Below, piece after piece: positions 61,206 to 64,000 of a DNA stretch of 64,000 nt. Location: contig OZ316775.1 in assembly GCA_973851085.1 (NCBI GenBank), positions 6,882,001-6,946,000 of the forward strand, given 5' to 3'. Below the pieces are notes generated by a model, which saw only the letters and a program-made list of their open reading frames with translations, was not told the DNA's origin and made no database searches. Position 1 is the first letter of the stretch. Each line of letters begins with the position of its first letter. The translations under genes and the position numbers were made by a program. Origin of the DNA: Ptychomitrium polyphyllum. Lineage: Eukaryota.

Positions 61206-62685
61206 AAAACACTATAGAAGTAACTTTTAAAAAATTGAAGCAATTAATATAATATAAGTTTCATAATTTTTATTGAACAAAATAATTTTGAATAATCTCA
61301 CACCATCTATTGCTATTTTAAAGATTAGATTTGCAGTTCAATACAAATCAATGATTGATTTGAGAAACACATTAACACAAGTCCATAAAGATGTGAAATA
61401 TGGCACTTTTATTGAAAAAATATAATCATATTGTGTTAAGATTACTTTACAAATATAAAACATCATTACAATTTTATTTTGCTAATATTCAGAGACATCT
61501 ATAATTCCAATGCTTTAAGATGGAAGGTAGAAATTGCAAAAGGCATGAACATAACCTTGATTGATTAAAAATAATTACTGGACACCGATGTGTGGAATCT
61601 AACTCTTTTAATTCTTTCAATCCCTTAGACAATCTTGAATATTAAACATCCATTTAAAATTGAAAAAGTGAAAAGGTGCATGAAGAGCATTGAAGGGTTA
61701 GTAGCTAATTGAACTTAGAGAAATATATAATTGTCTTCATGGTGACCGGCATCATCCTAACATAGCATAGCAGATATTCCCTTTCAAGACAAACTAAAAG
61801 CTCTTGTAAGATTCTTTCCTAGTAGGGCTCAGAATCTTTTTGCCCATTGACCAGATTCTCATTCCTTTCTACCACCTAGGTCTAAACCCAGTATCACCAG
61901 GGTGTAAACGAGAATCAAACGCATATCTCGAGTAGCACCTCAGTATCACCTAGTTCCGCGATTGATGTACTGGAATATTTCTGCCTTCTTGGGGGTCTAT
62001 TTCCGGAAGGAATGCTGCACTTACAAAAAGCATCGAGGTGGGCAATATAGCGATCGAGTGATACCATGCCTGAGTGTCACAGGGGTATGACGTAAGTATG
62101 ATGTGGATGTAAATCCAGTATCACATGAGTATCTGTGAGGTATCGGTCTAGAACGGGATTTTGAAAACTCGGCGATAGAGAGAGAGATAGAGCCTGTGGA
62201 TACAACAAACTCTGCCATCGCTGCCGCTGTGCGTGTGCATCTTCATCGCCATGCATTTTCTCGTTCGTGATTGTGTGTTCGTGTGGGATATGCCCTTCTC
62301 TGCAGTGTTGGAGGTTTGTGGAGTAAGAAATTGCTGTTCGTTGCAGCTCAGGAGGAGGTAGGGATGCATTGTAAATCCGGGCACTAAGGTCGCCAGGTGA
62401 CAGATCGATCGGGAGAGGAAGCAGCGTTGACGAGGATTTCGTTTTTCAGGCTGTTTTGATAGGAATATTTTTACGTGCGCGATGCGGTTGAGTTGGCGGG
62501 ATGGAGGAGTGGAGAGTTTTAGAGTTCATTGTCTCTGCAAAGCAATTTTATTTGCTCGTTGTTTCGACGCAGTTAGAATGCGCTTAGGGATTAGGGGTAT
62601 CGTCGTTTCCTGGCGCACATTGCATAATCCCATGGTGTTAAGTTCGGACTGAACCAGAGGAGGAGATCGAGACAGGGCAGCACAG

Positions 62686-64000
62686 ATGGCGACGAAGGAG
62701 CAGGACGAGTAGTCGAAGCGCTTGCGGGAGCTTTTGAGCAGTCTCTATGGCTCCGACTCCTTCGAATCCGAGTCGCGTCTCGGCCGCCGTGAGAAATTGC
62801 AGGTAATTAACCTAAGGAATTTCTATCTGATCTCTACATTTTATCTCTGGTGAGTTCTCAATTTGAGGTTCACTGCGTTCCTCTGTAACTTTTACTCATT
62901 GTGAGCAGAGCAGATTCATTTGGATATAGGAGCTGTTAATCATGTGACGCATTCCGGAGTCAAAAGAGGAGATTCCCGCAATAGGCCAAAGCAGTAGTCG
63001 GATTTTCCGCAATTCGCCTTTGGACCTGTGGAAAGAATAGATATCAGTGTTCCGGAGATGCAAAACACTATAAGATTTATACTGGAACAGAATACTGGCG
63101 TTTCAGTTATGTCGTTCACTTCTCTGTCCATTCTGACCTGTGACCTAGACGCAATTTCTCATTGGTCTTGTATTCACAGCTTCGCAAGGCACCTTTGGAT
63201 CGCTTCCTGTAACGGCATCTGGAAATGGCAGCTGAGATCAAAAACTTGGATAGTAATATGCAAATGTTGGTTTATGAAAACTACAACAAATTCATAAGCG
63301 CAACTGATACGATTCGACGGTAGGTTTGATTCTTTCATGCTTGGCAATATTTGTGCTGGTTCTAATAATGGTGTTTACAGTCCACGCTGCCAAATATCAT
63401 CGCTTGCTGTTCATCTGGCCTGATCATGCTACGCTTGAGTTTTTGACATGTTACTTGTCTGCTATTGCAGTATGAAGGAAAATGTATCTGGCATGGAGTC
63501 TAATATGGACCAACTTCTCAAGATGGTAAATCATAAGCCACCTTCTATGTGTTTATATAAGTCAATTGTGTGCATCTTTGGACGCTTATTTGTTGTTAGA
63601 AGATGAGGGCAAGCTTGTGATAGGTCTTGCGCGCCTGGGCCAGTTTAGAAATCTCCAAATTGTAATACGATCTCTACAAGCTTCACGGCTCCTTTCGTAA
63701 CCCGAAGGTGTATTGTGGAGAGGTTAGGTCAAATGTGATGAAGGCAACAAGAGAGCGCTCGCTCATCACATTCATAACATCTCAAAGCATTAGGTCATGC
63801 TGACCTGGAACTGATATGCATCGCAAGAATGATACCTTTACATGTGCTGCATAAGAGAAAGTTGTAGTGATCATTGAAAGTTCAATCTTAACGGTTGTAC
63901 TCTGACTGAATAGGTCACTGTTGTGAGGGGGAAAAGTGATAATATCAATGCTTCCTTGTGTGAACGTCGTGAACGGATTGAGGAACTCAATGGTACTCGA
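62686..64000 (+). pseudogene. VPS51: VPS51 (GARP/EARP subunit) homolog, intron-containing, with two in-frame stops and a frameshift; runs off the window end
   Basis: Exons about 62686-62849, 63180-63319, 63471-63525 and 63914 onward: MATKEQDE*SKRLRELLSSLYG...; [93 protein letters not shown]. Confidence 0.85.

Overview
Eukaryotic, intron-rich land-plant DNA. Gene style and repeat content suggest a moss, probably Physcomitrium patens (inference). 1-22.4 kb is a nested stack of Ty3/Gypsy chromoviruses. An old '+' element (family B) hosts an inverted family-B element, and these carry four solo LTRs plus one young, internally deleted element of a second family (family A, probably RLG1). Every insertion boundary is supported by a 5-bp target-site duplication (TSD). 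Host genes on the + strand are MBF1 (26.3-27.7 kb), a DHHC protein S-acyltransferase (36.0-40.2 kb), a PGAP1-like GPI inositol-deacylase (50.5-58.7 kb) and an intron-containing VPS51 pseudogene (62.7 kb to the window end). 42-49.3 kb is a second, older retroelement cluster. Highlights: (i) a decayed Gypsy relic with what looks like the C-terminal half of a C5 cytosine DNA methyltransferase directly upstream of reverse transcriptase (RT); (ii) an unannotated extra ORF between pol and the 3' LTR, conserved at protein level between two chromovirus families; (iii) an exact 11-nt Tf1-type self-priming signature; (iv) a degenerate -1 frameshift signal at three gag/pol junctions. All calls come from manual reading; no database searches were run. 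Family letters A/B/C are my own labels.
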